The notes under the pieces are model-generated. The model was given only the letters and a program-made list of their open reading frames with translations, made no database searches and was not told where the DNA came from. From an uncultured Thermoanaerobaculia bacterium (GTDB lineage: Bacteria; Acidobacteriota; Thermoanaerobaculia; Gp7-AA8), in contig CAZYTO010000002.1 in NCBI GenBank assembly GCA_964650405.1, positions 5,164 to 69,163 of the forward strand: a stretch of DNA of 64,000 nt, given 5' to 3'. Position 1 is the first letter of the stretch. Each line of letters begins with the position of its first letter. Shown piece after piece: positions 9,015-17,536 of the stretch. The translations under genes were made by a program, and so were the position numbers.

Positions 9015-12000
9015 ATGAAATTCACAGATCTCTTCGTCCGCCGCCCCGTCCTGGCGATGGTCGTCAGCCTGGTGATTCTCATCGCCGGACTGCAGTCGAT
9101 CCGTTCGCTGAGCGTGCGGCAGTATCCGCGCAGCGACCTTGCCAACGTCACCGTGACCACGGCCTACATCGGTGCGAACGCCGACCTCGTGCGGGGCTTC
9201 ATCACCGCGCCGCTGGAGCGCGTGATCGCCGGTGCCGACGGCATCGACTACATCGAGTCGTCGAGCGCCCAGAGCGTCAGCACGATCACCGTCCACTTGA
9301 AACTGAACTACGACACGAATGCGGCCCTGACCCAGATCCAGTCGAAGGTGGCCCAGGTCCGCAACCAGCTTCCGCCCGAGGCCGAGGCGCCGATCATCGA
9401 CCTGCAGACGGCCGACAGCCAGTTCGCCGCCGCCTACCTCGGCTTCTCCGCGCACGACCTGGACCAGAGCCAGATCACGGACTACCTCACCCGGGTCGTG
9501 CAGCCGAAGCTGAGCGCCATCAGCGGCGTGCAGCGCGCCGAGATCCTCGGCGACCGCACCTTCGCCATGCGCGTGTGGTTGAAGCCGGACCGGATGGCCG
9601 CCCTCGGCATCTCTCCCTCGCAGGTCCGCGATGCCCTGGCGGCGAACAATTACCTCTCCGCCCTCGGTGCCACCCGCGGCACGATGACCAAGATCAACCT
9701 GGTCGCCAACACCGACCTGAAGAACGCCGATGAGTTCAAGCAGCTCGTTGTGAAACAGCAGGGCGACAACGTCGTCCGCCTCGGCGACATCTCCGACGTC
9801 GTGCTCGGCGCGGAAACGTACGACCAGACCGTCCGCTTCAACGGCGAGACGGCCGTCTTCATGGGCGTCTTCGTCCTGCCGACGGCGAACACGCTCGACG
9901 TCATGAAGCGCGTCCTCGCAGCCATGCCCGAGATCCAGGCGCAGTTGCCCGCCGGCATGCAGGCGAGCGTTCCGTACAACTCGACCGCCTATATCCAGAG
10001 CGCCATCGACGAGGTGCTCAAGACGCTGACGGAAACGCTCCTCATCGTCGTCCTGGTCATCTTCCTCTTCCTCGGCTCCATGCGGGGCGTGATCATCCCG
10101 GTCGTGGCCATTCCGATCTCGCTCGTGGGCGCCGTCTTCCTGATGCTCGCCTTCGGCTTCACCATCAACCTGCTGACGCTGCTGGCCGTCGTCCTGTCCG
10201 TCGGTCTCGTCGTCGACGACGCCATCGTCATGGTGGAGAACATCGAGCGGCATCTGCACATGGGCAAGACGCCGTTCCAGGCGGCGCTCGACGCCGCCCG
10301 CGAGCTGGTCGGGCCGATCATCGCCATGACCATCACGCTGGCCTCGGTCTACACGCCAGTGGCCATTCAGGGCGGGCTGACCGGATCGCTCTTCCGCGAG
10401 TTCGCCTTCACCCTGGCCGGGGCGGTCATCGTCTCCGGCGTCGTGGCGCTGACACTCTCCCCGATGATGGGCTCGAAGCTGCTGCGCTCGGGTGACACGG
10501 AGCGCGGGTTCGCGGGCATGATCAACCGCCGCTTCGACAAGCTGCGCGAGATCTATACAAGCCTGCTGACCGGCACCCTCGAAAACCGCCCGGTAGTGTT
10601 CATGGTGTGGTTCATCGTGGTGCTGCTCATCGTCCCCTTCTACCTGTTCTCGCAGAAGGAGCTGGCGCCGCAGGAGGACCAGAACGTCGTCTTCGGCGTC
10701 ATCCAGGCCGCACCGAACTCGACCATCGACCAGACCAACCTCTTCGCCAACCAGATCGAGAAGGTCTACCGCTCTTTCCCGGAGACGGCGGCCACGTTCC
10801 AGATCGTCCTGCCCACCGGCGGTTTCGGGGGCATGGTGACGAAGCCCTTCGACCAGCGGAAGAAGACGACGGCACAGCTCCAGATCGAGGCCTCGGGGGC
10901 GGTGGCCAAGATCCCCGGCGTCCGTGCCATCCAGCTCGTGCCGCCTGCCCTGCCCGGTGGCCAGGGCTTCCCCGTGGACGTGGCGATCCTGTCCACCGCC
11001 GAGCCGCAGCGGCTCGCCGAATTCGCCGGTCAGCTCGTCCAGACCGCCTTCGCGAGCAAGAAGTTCATGTTCGCCGACACCGACCTGAAGTTCGACCAGC
11101 CCCAGGCGAAAGTCATCTTCGACCGCGACAAACTGCGCTCCGAGGGAGTCGACCTCTCCCAGGCCGGCCGCGACCTCTCCGTCCTCCTCGGCGGCAACTA
11201 CGTCAACCGCTTCAGCATCCAGGGCCGCAGCTACAAGGTCATTCCGCAAGTCAAACGCAGCGAACGCCTTACGGCAGACCAGCTCACCCAGATGTACATC
11301 TCCGGCGCGAACGGCAAGCTCGTCCCGCTTTCGACGTTCGCCACCCTGCAGACCTCGACCGAGCCCCGCGACCTGAAGCGCTTCCAGCAACTCAACGCCG
11401 TCCGCATCCAGGGCGTGCTCGTGCCGGGCGTGTCGCTCGACGAAGGGCTGAAAGTCCTGGAGGACGGCGCGCAGCGGCTCCTTCCCCGCGGCTTTACCGT
11501 CGACTACGGCGGCGAGTCCCGCCAGCTCCGGACGGAAGGCAGCCGCTTCCTCGGTGTCTTCCTTCTGTCGGCGATCATGATCTACCTCGTGCTCGCCGCG
11601 CAGTTCAACAGCTTCCGCGATCCGTTCATCATCCTGGTCGGCTCCGTTCCCCTGGCCCTGGCCGGCTCGCTTCTCTTTTCGTTCCTGGGCTTTACGTCGA
11701 TCAACATCTTCAGCCAGGTCGGCCTCATCACCCTGGTCGGCCTCGTCTCCCGCAACGGCATCCTCATCGTTCAGTTCGCCAATCACCTGCAGGAGACCGG
11801 GCTGGAGAAGGTGAAGGCGGTCATCGAGGCAGCCGGGACCCGCCTCCGCCCCATTCTCATGACGACGGCAGCCACGGTCATGGGCCACCTGCCGCTGATC
11901 TTTGCCCGCGGCCCGGGCGCCGGCGCCCGGAACAGCATCGGTCTCATGCTGGTCACCGGAATGATCATCGGTACGGCCTTCACGCTGTTCGTCGTTCCCT

Positions 12001-12101
12001 CGATCTACGTCCTGGTGGCCAAGCGGCATACCGCGGCAACGGAGGAGGCGCACGACGAGGAAGTCGCGGGTGTGGGAGAGCTCGAACCGAGTCCGGTGTG
12101 A
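9015..12101 (+). CDS. RND multidrug efflux permease (AcrB/MdtB-like)
   Basis: 1028 aa, 12-TM AcrB architecture, N-terminus MKFTDLFVRRPVLAMVVSL, motif VGLVVDDAIVMVENIERH. Confidence 0.95.
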   Translation: MKFTDLFVRRPVLAMVVSLVILIAGLQSIRSLSVRQYPRSDLANVTVTTAYIGANADLVRGFITAPLERVIAGADGIDYIESSSAQSVSTITVHLKLNYDTNAALTQIQSKVAQVRNQLPPEAEAPIIDLQTADSQFAAAYLGFSAHDLDQSQITDYLTRVVQPKLSAISGVQRAEILGDRTFAMRVWLKPDRMAALGISPSQVRDALAANNYLSALGATRGTMTKINLVANTDLKNADEFKQLVVKQQGDNVVRLGDISDVVLGAETYDQTVRFNGETAVFMGVFVLPTANTLDVMKRVLAAMPEIQAQLPAGMQASVPYNSTAYIQSAIDEVLKTLTETLLIVVLVIFLFLGSMRGVIIPVVAIPISLVGAVFLMLAFGFTINLLTLLAVVLSVGLVVDDAIVMVENIERHLHMGKTPFQAALDAARELVGPIIAMTITLASVYTPVAIQGGLTGSLFREFAFTLAGAVIVSGVVALTLSPMMGSKLLRSGDTERGFAGMINRRFDKLREIYTSLLTGTLENRPVVFMVWFIVVLLIVPFYLFSQKELAPQEDQNVVFGVIQAAPNSTIDQTNLFANQIEKVYRSFPETAATFQIVLPTGGFGGMVTKPFDQRKKTTAQLQIEASGAVAKIPGVRAIQLVPPALPGGQGFPVDVAILSTAEPQRLAEFAGQLVQTAFASKKFMFADTDLKFDQPQAKVIFDRDKLRSEGVDLSQAGRDLSVLLGGNYVNRFSIQGRSYKVIPQVKRSERLTADQLTQMYISGANGKLVPLSTFATLQTSTEPRDLKRFQQLNAVRIQGVLVPGVSLDEGLKVLEDGAQRLLPRGFTVDYGGESRQLRTEGSRFLGVFLLSAIMIYLVLAAQFNSFRDPFIILVGSVPLALAGSLLFSFLGFTSINIFSQVGLITLVGLVSRNGILIVQFANHLQETGLEKVKAVIEAAGTRLRPILMTTAATVMGHLPLIFARGPGAGARNSIGLMLVTGMIIGTAFTLFVVPSIYVLVAKRHTAATEEAHDEEVAGVGELEPSPV

Positions 12102-12137
12102 GGTTCGCTGGTCGCTGTTGGCTGGTCGCTGGTCGGG
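12102..12137. repeat. tandem heptamer tract (TGGTCGC-type)
   Basis: GGTTCGC TGGTCGC TGTTGGC TGGTCGC TGGTCGG directly after the RND stop codon. Confidence 0.6.
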
Positions 12138-12163
12138 CCGTGCAGTAGATGTTTCCTCTGTTT

Positions 12164-12197
12164 CCGTTGATCAACGCTTCCGGGCGTTGATCAACGG
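12164..12197. terminator. perfect 14-bp hairpin between convergent genes (putative bidirectional terminator)
   Basis: CCGTTGATCAACGC / TTCCGG loop / GCGTTGATCAACGG; the stop codon of the minus-strand gene lies inside the 3' arm. Confidence 0.55.
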
Positions 12198-12793
12198 CTC
12201 GTCCGGGTCGTAACCACTCTCCGCACGAACAGCCACACGCCGCCGCCCGCCGCGGCCCACGGCAAGGCGGAGAGCACGATCGACACTACGCTCCAGGCCG
12301 CAAAGGCCAGGAGGTCTCGCGGAGAGGCCGGCGTTCCATCGCCCGGTATGGAGAGTGTCTCCCGCAGGGCGCCAACGGTGAGATCGAGCAATTCTTCCCG
12401 AAACTCGCCCGCGTAGAGGTTGCGGCTGTGACGCCCTCGCACGAAGGCCCGGAAGACGCGGAGCGGCGCCAGGGCCAGCCCGATCGCCAGGGCTCCGAAG
12501 TTGAGGAACCATGCCGGGTAGTGGCGCCCGCAACCGGAGGCGATCTCCCACGCCCCGATCTCCGCTTCGCCCGTCCACGTCGTGCCGTACCCCGTCAGGA
12601 CGTGGTGGAGGTCATGGAGCCTCACCGCCCGGACTCTGGCCGCCGTGTTCGGAAACCGGAGGGTGAACGGTCCGGCCTTCAGTCTCACCCACCGGTCCCC
12701 GTAGCCTCCATCCAGCGGGAACCCCGATGCCGCGAAGTACTCCGCGCGGGCTTGCCGCAGGGAAAATGCCGCGTCATGCAAAGGCATGCTCAA
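12191..12793 (-). CDS. membrane-associated protein with Coq4-type zinc motif
   Basis: HDLHH-x11-E matches the HDxxH-(x)11-E signature of Coq4; hydrophobic C-terminal half. Confidence 0.5.
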   Translation of the reverse strand: MSMPLHDAAFSLRQARAEYFAASGFPLDGGYGDRWVRLKAGPFTLRFPNTAARVRAVRLHDLHHVLTGYGTTWTGEAEIGAWEIASGCGRHYPAWFLNFGALAIGLALAPLRVFRAFVRGRHSRNLYAGEFREELLDLTVGALRETLSIPGDGTPASPRDLLAFAAWSVVSIVLSALPWAAAGGGVWLFVRRVVTTRTSR

Positions 12794-12820
12794 CTCGACG
12801 TCTCAGCGCCGCTCATCGTT

Positions 12821-13153
12821 TCAGGTGTTCGGCGTCACCACCACGGCCGTCCCGTAGCACAGGACCTCCGTGACTCCTTCCATCACTTCCGTGGCGTCGT
12901 ACCGCACGGCCACTACGGCGTTCGCACCCAACTGCGCTGCGTGCTGGAGCATGAGCGAGAACGCCTCGGAGCGCGTCTTCTCGCAGAGCTCGGTCAGCAG
13001 CGTGATGTCGCCGCCGACGAGCGTCTGGAGCTTCGCGCCGATCGTTCCGAACACCGATCGCGACCGCACGGTAATGCCGCGGACGACGCCAAGGTTGTTG
13101 ATGATTCGCAGGTTGGGAAGCTCTGTGGCCGTCGTCGTTGCTCGAATGTCCAT
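12821..13153 (-). CDS. YbjQ/UPF0145-family protein
   Basis: 110 aa; [13 protein letters not shown]...[11 protein letters not shown] typical of the YbjQ family. Confidence 0.8.
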   Translation of the reverse strand: MDIRATTTATELPNLRIINNLGVVRGITVRSRSVFGTIGAKLQTLVGGDITLLTELCEKTRSEAFSLMLQHAAQLGANAVVAVRYDATEVMEGVTEVLCYGTAVVVTPNT

Positions 13154-13173
13154 CGTTTCTTTCTCCTCGCCTC

Positions 13174-13653
13174 TTACTTTTGGATGATGACCGTGGATTG
13201 CTGCGCGACCGCCTGCCAGCGCCCGTCCCGTTTCACCAGCACCGTGATGACGCGACGGCTGCTGCTGATGTCCTGCCCGTTGCGTTGCGCGCCGACGGTG
13301 GACCGGTACGTGTCCACGGCCGTGGTGCCGTAGACGTGGATGCTCTCGTCGTCACGGGTGTACTTCTCGATCTTGAGCTCGCCCGAGCGCAGCAGGGCCA
13401 GGCGTTGGTCGCGCGTGAGCAGGGCGCCGGCCGGGTTGACGAACGTGTATTCCGGTGCCCACAGTTTGGTCAGCGCGTCGGCGTCATTGCGGCCGAGGGC
13501 TGCGGTGATCTCGTCTTCCACTTGCCGGATGGCCTGCTCGTCGGCCGCCGCGCCGGCGGGTGTCGCGCCGTGCACGGCAAGGGGCGACAGGCCGGCGATG
13601 GCGACGGCGACGGCGACCGTAGAAAGGAGCACGCTGCGAAGAAGTTTCATCAT
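13174..13653 (-). CDS. secreted SnoaL-like/DUF4440 (NTF2-fold) protein
   Basis: Signal peptide [21 protein letters not shown]; only the last 159 codons of the 351-aa track ORF look coding. Confidence 0.6.
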   Translation of the reverse strand: MMKLLRSVLLSTVAVAVAIAGLSPLAVHGATPAGAAADEQAIRQVEDEITAALGRNDADALTKLWAPEYTFVNPAGALLTRDQRLALLRSGELKIEKYTRDDESIHVYGTTAVDTYRSTVGAQRNGQDISSSRRVITVLVKRDGRWQAVAQQSTVIIQK

Positions 13654-13684
13654 GGGTTCGTCCTCGTTTCTGCCTTCTGCCTTC

Positions 13685-14038
13685 TTACTTCTGACCTTGC
13701 GCGCGGAGGTTGCGGTACCAGCCGCCCGTGAGCACGAAGCGCGGGAAGGTGATCCACTGCTCGGCCAGGATGCGGCTGACGGCGTCGCCCGCGCCGAGGA
13801 ACGGCTCCGGCTGAGAGGGCTCCCGGCGATGGCCGAGTCCCTGGACGGCGAAGGCGAGCAGCAGCACGACGGCGGCCGCGCCGGCCAGCGCGAGCCGCCA
13901 CGTCGCCAAGGCCGCCAGCAGGGCCAGGGTCGCCAGCTCGAACAGAGGGACGGCCACGATGTGCACGAGGAGGTTGACCCGGTCCTGATGTTTCGTCGCG
14001 TAGTCGGACCACTGCCAGCGGAGCAGATCAGGGCGCAT
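13685..14038 (-). CDS. DUF962/Mpo1-like small membrane protein
   Basis: H-x4-N-x3-H-x4-P pattern (HQDRVNLLVHIVAVP) and two TM helices. Confidence 0.45.
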   Translation of the reverse strand: MRPDLLRWQWSDYATKHQDRVNLLVHIVAVPLFELATLALLAALATWRLALAGAAAVVLLLAFAVQGLGHRREPSQPEPFLGAGDAVSRILAEQWITFPRFVLTGGWYRNLRAQGQK

Positions 14039-14063
14039 GTTGGAATTCTATCCGGCGCAGGAC

Positions 14064-14684
14064 TCAGGGCGTCAGCCAGACCGGTCTCGTTTTGGCCAGC
14101 CACGCTTGCCGTTCGGTCAGGCCGATGTAGCCGCCATTGATGGCCTTCGTCACCTTGCGAACGTCGTCGGCATCGGCGAAGGTGTTGCACTTCGAGGCCA
14201 CCCATTCCGCTGCGGCAATGTGGAGGCACCAGTCGGCGCTGAAGGCCAGGTCAGGGTTGGCGGCCAGGTCGGCGCCGAGCTGCTTGCCGTACTTCTCGTA
14301 CGACTCGCGCCCGGTGATCTGCAGCAGGCCGCGGCCGATGTACTTCCAGCCGTCTCCCGGGTCGACGTTCCCCATCCGCCCGCCGTAGACGCTGTTCGCC
14401 AGCGCCTCAGGGTTGTGGGCAAACGGCTGCGCATCCTCGAGCGTTTTGAACCGGGTTGGCCAGACATCGAGCAGGCGTTCCGCGCGGTAGTTCAGGCTCT
14501 CGGTGGTGATCGTGAACGCTCCGCTCTCATGAAGGATCTGGGCCATGAAGTGCGCCAGGCGGAGTCCGGAGTCGTTGATCCCGTACTGCACCAGTACGGC
14601 ATCGGCCTTCGCAAATCCGTCCCGGTAGTTCGGGAGCATCTTCGGAGCGAGACGCTGGAGCTGGTCCGTGGTGACTGAAATCAT
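14064..14684 (-). CDS. glycoside hydrolase family 19 (chitinase/lysozyme-like)
   Basis: LAHFMAQILHESGAF, GRGLLQITGRESY, TKAINGG motifs; start at internal ATG 14684. Confidence 0.75.
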   Translation of the reverse strand: MISVTTDQLQRLAPKMLPNYRDGFAKADAVLVQYGINDSGLRLAHFMAQILHESGAFTITTESLNYRAERLLDVWPTRFKTLEDAQPFAHNPEALANSVYGGRMGNVDPGDGWKYIGRGLLQITGRESYEKYGKQLGADLAANPDLAFSADWCLHIAAAEWVASKCNTFADADDVRKVTKAINGGYIGLTERQAWLAKTRPVWLTP

Positions 14685-14846
14685 GCGCGGATCATATGTC
14701 CAGCGGTCGTCGTCTCGGCGTCCCCGTGCGAGCCGTCTTCGATCAGCATCGCAACGAGATGGGGAGCGAGTCGATCCACACTCTCCATGTTGAAGAGCTG
14801 GACTGCTCAACCAGCCGGCAGGATGAAGCCGCTGGCCTATGGGCGC

Positions 14847-15308
14847 GCAGACCTCGATCCGAGCATCTGTCGCATCGCTGAAACACGCTGACGCATCGAT
14901 GGAACAGCCCTAGAACCGCATGCCACCAAGTGTGACATGCATATCTAGCAGTGTTACATCCATGCCACAAGTTGTGGCATGGATGTAACACTTCCAGACA
15001 TCGATGTGACTCTTCCAGGAATCGATGCCTGCGACGTAGATATCGATGCCTACAGCGTAGATATTGATGCCTACAGCGTAGACATTGATGCCTAGGAACC
15101 AGGTATCGATGCCTACAGCGTAGACATTGGTGCCTGCGACGTAGGTATCGATGCCCGCGGCCCTGAGCTCGAGGCCTACGGCGTAGGCGTTCATGCCTAC
15201 CGCCTGAACGCTGGCGCCTGCTGCCCAGACATCATCACCAACATTCCGGATCTCGTTCCCAGCACCGTCGACATCCGCGCCCGGAATGTAGACGTCCAGC
15301 CAGACGGC
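14847..15308. repeat. tandem array of 22 phased 21-bp units (core AGACATCGATGCC)
   Basis: Unit starts at 14847+21n checked by hand (14868 ... 14994, 15015, 15036 ...); near-identical units GTAGAYATYGATGCCTACAGC; local GC drop. Confidence 0.85.
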
Positions 15309-15546
15309 ACTGGAGAAAACGGCGACTCTTCCCCCCTGCGTTCTCCGCCTCTCCGCGTGAGCCGTCTTCAATCAGCCACCCGAACGAGATGGGAAGCAAA
15401 TCGACCGACACCTTCGATGTTGAAGGGCGACTAGACCGGGCGGCTTCCAGGCGCCCTGACGTGGAGGAGCGGCAGGATGCCGCTCAGCCAGCCGGCAGGA
15501 TGCCGACGCTCCGATGCGGCGCTCCGGTGTCCTCCGCTGTGCGGCC

Positions 15547-16110
15547 TCAGGCTTTGGGTGGTCGTCGCCGCCGGCCTCCGCCCGCCCTGCCGGGCGATGC
15601 CGTAGCGGAGGTCGATCGCGCCTTCTCGTACTCGGCGATGTAGAGCTTTGCCGGCAGGCGGCGGATGGCCTCACCGAGGACGTCGAGCGGCAGATCGTCC
15701 AGCCGCTTGAAGCGGATGCACGCCTTCCCCATGTCGAGCTTCTTCCCGGTGGCGGCCCAGGCGCCGCGGAACCACCTCACCAGGGACGTGTCGCTGACAC
15801 CCTCGACGCAGCCGCAGTAGAGACCCATGAGATAGACGGACATGTACTGCTTCTGCGACGCCAGCGCGGCGAAGGGAAGCCCCTGGCGTGGATCGGTGTG
15901 ATAGCCGGCCGGAAACACGCGATGGGGAACGTAGTAGCCGATCATCCCGTACGACATCCCCTCCTCGTAGTCCGAGTCGAGGTTGCGGAGGATCACGTCC
16001 CGTACGGCTGCCAGCGCCGTCCGGCGCTCCGGCGGAAGTGAGGCGAGATACTCCGCGACGGTCGTGGCTTTGCTCAGCATGGGAGTAAGGATACTGCTGG
16101 CACCCTTCAT
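15547..16110 (-). CDS. DUF1801 (YdhG-like) domain protein
   Basis: TVAEYLASLPPERRTALAAVRDVILRNL motif; ATG overlaps the sigma-factor stop (ATGA). Confidence 0.6.
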   Translation of the reverse strand: MKGASSILTPMLSKATTVAEYLASLPPERRTALAAVRDVILRNLDSDYEEGMSYGMIGYYVPHRVFPAGYHTDPRQGLPFAALASQKQYMSVYLMGLYCGCVEGVSDTSLVRWFRGAWAATGKKLDMGKACIRFKRLDDLPLDVLGEAIRRLPAKLYIAEYEKARSTSATASPGRAGGGRRRRPPKA

Positions 16111-17372
16111 CCCAACCGCGCGGCCCGTTCCAGCAACAGCCTCCGTTCCCGCTCGTTCCGGGTGAGCCCCGCCGCGCGCTCCAACTCTGCTCGGGCTTCT
16201 GCCGTCCTGCCCAGTTTGGCCAGGACGTCAGCGCGGACGGCGGGCAGCAGGTGGTAATCCTCCAACGCGCCGGCCGCGATCAGCGCGTCGACGATCTCCA
16301 GTCCCGCTTCCGGGCCGGTGGCCATGGAGACAGCCACGGCGCGGTTCAGTTCCACGATCGGCGACGGGGTCAGCTCGGCCAGCGCCCCATACAGCACGAC
16401 CATCCGCGCCCAGTCGGTCTCCGCGGCGGTCCGGGCCCGGGCGTGGCACGCGGCGATGGCGGCTTGCAGAGCGTACGGCCCGAGGGTGCCGCCGAGCTGT
16501 TCGGCGCGCGCCAACGCGGCCAGGCCGCGGCGGATGAGGAGGTGGTCCCAGCGGGAGCGGTCCTGCTCCAGCAGCACGACGGGCTCGCCGTCCGGACCGA
16601 TGCGGGCGCGCATCCGCGAGGCCTGGATCTCCATCAGCGCCACGAGGCCGTGCACTTCCGGCTCCTGCGGCGCCAGCCCGGCCAGGATGCGACCGAGTCG
16701 CAGCGCTTCCTCGCAGAGCGCGGGGCGCATCCAGTCATCGCCGGCAGTCGCGGCGTAGCCCTCGTTGAAGATGAGGTAGATCACCTCAAGCACGGACGAG
16801 AGGCGTGCGGCCAGGTCCTCGCCCCGAGGCACTTCGAACGGGACGTTGGCGTTCGAGAGCGTCTTCTTGGCCCGGACGATGCGCTGGGCGATGGTCGGCT
16901 CCGGGACGAGAAAGGCGCGGGCGATCTCGTCGGTGGCCAGGCCGCCGAGGAGGCGGAGGGTGAGGGCCACGCGCGCATCCGTCGACAGCACCGGATGGCA
17001 GGAGATGAAGACGAGTCGCAGCAGGTCGTCTTCGATGTGGCTGTTGTCGATGGCTGCGTCGAGATCCGCCACCACCCGCTCCTGCTGTTCGTCCAGCTCC
17101 CGGCCGATCTCCGCGTGCTTGCGCTCCAGAAGCTCGCTCCGCCGAAAGTGATCGAGAGCCCGGAACTTCGCAGCCGCCATGAGCCAGGCGCCCGGGTTGT
17201 CCGGGACACCCGCCTCGGGCCACTTCTCCAGCGCCGTAACCAGCGCATCCTGGGCGAGCTCCTCGGCCAGCCCGACGTCGCGCACGATCCGCGTCAGCCC
17301 GGCGATGAGCCGGGCCGACTCGATTCTCCAGACGGCGTCGATGGCGGCGTGGGTGTCGGAGTGGGCCGTCAC
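16107..17372 (-). CDS. ECF-type RNA polymerase sigma factor with long C-terminal extension
   Basis: Sigma-70 region 2 (DALVTALEKWP ... AWLMAAAKFRALDHFRR) and region 4 (ATDEIARAFLVPEPTIAQRIVRAKK), about 200-aa TPR-like tail; GTG start. Confidence 0.85.
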   Translation of the reverse strand: MTAHSDTHAAIDAVWRIESARLIAGLTRIVRDVGLAEELAQDALVTALEKWPEAGVPDNPGAWLMAAAKFRALDHFRRSELLERKHAEIGRELDEQQERVVADLDAAIDNSHIEDDLLRLVFISCHPVLSTDARVALTLRLLGGLATDEIARAFLVPEPTIAQRIVRAKKTLSNANVPFEVPRGEDLAARLSSVLEVIYLIFNEGYAATAGDDWMRPALCEEALRLGRILAGLAPQEPEVHGLVALMEIQASRMRARIGPDGEPVVLLEQDRSRWDHLLIRRGLAALARAEQLGGTLGPYALQAAIAACHARARTAAETDWARMVVLYGALAELTPSPIVELNRAVAVSMATGPEAGLEIVDALIAAGALEDYHLLPAVRADVLAKLGRTAEARAELERAAGLTRNERERRLLLERAARLG

Positions 17373-17401
17373 GGCCGCCGATCATACCGGCGGGAGGGAG
17401 T

Positions 17402-17532
17402 AGGGTAAGTGGGTAGTGGTTAGTGGTTAGGACGCCTAACCTCGCAACCCCCTAACCTCGCAACCCCCTAACCTCGCAACCCCCTAACCTCGCAACCTCG
17501 CAACCCTGCAACCCCGCAACACCGCAACACCG
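17402..17532. repeat. intergenic microsatellite block (GGTTAGT heptamers facing CCTAACCTCGCAACCC 16-mers)
   Basis: GGGTAAG TGGGTAG TGGTTAG TGGTTAGG ACG CCTAACC...; the 16-mer repeats about 4 times, then CGCAAC octamers. Confidence 0.8.
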
Positions 17533-17536
17533 AAAC

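Noticed and set aside
8931-12053. 1040-aa minus-strand ORF
   Set aside because: It is exactly antisense to the AcrB-like RND pump. The composition (Asp/Arg/Gly/His runs) is non-protein-like, so it is a high-GC shadow.
13654-14229. N-terminal 190 codons of the 351-aa track ORF 13174-14229
   Set aside because: This part runs antisense through the DUF962-like gene and into the GH19 gene, and is Arg/Pro/Ser-rich. Only the C-terminal 159 codons, with a signal peptide and NTF2-like domain, look real.
14910-14912. Stop-codon read-through or recoding joining the heptad ORF to GH19 (and Sec insertion at the TGA in the second array, given selB)
   Set aside because: There is no SECIS-like hairpin or recoding signal. 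The intervening translation (Cys/Arg-rich) does not look like protein, and frame coincidence has a 1 in 3 chance.
14847-15308. CRISPR array interpretation of the 21-bp repeats (also 62396-62584)
   Set aside because: The units abut one another with no unique spacers, the unit length is too short, and no cas genes are present in the window.
14910-15371. 153-aa heptad-repeat ORF across the 21-bp array as a genuine protein
   Set aside because: Not called as a CDS. It has a TTG start immediately after an in-frame TGA and no visible RBS. The repeat register continues beyond the stop codon, GC3 is lower than in neighbouring genes, and the sister array at 62396-62584 has stops in every frame. It is kept as an open question in the findings.
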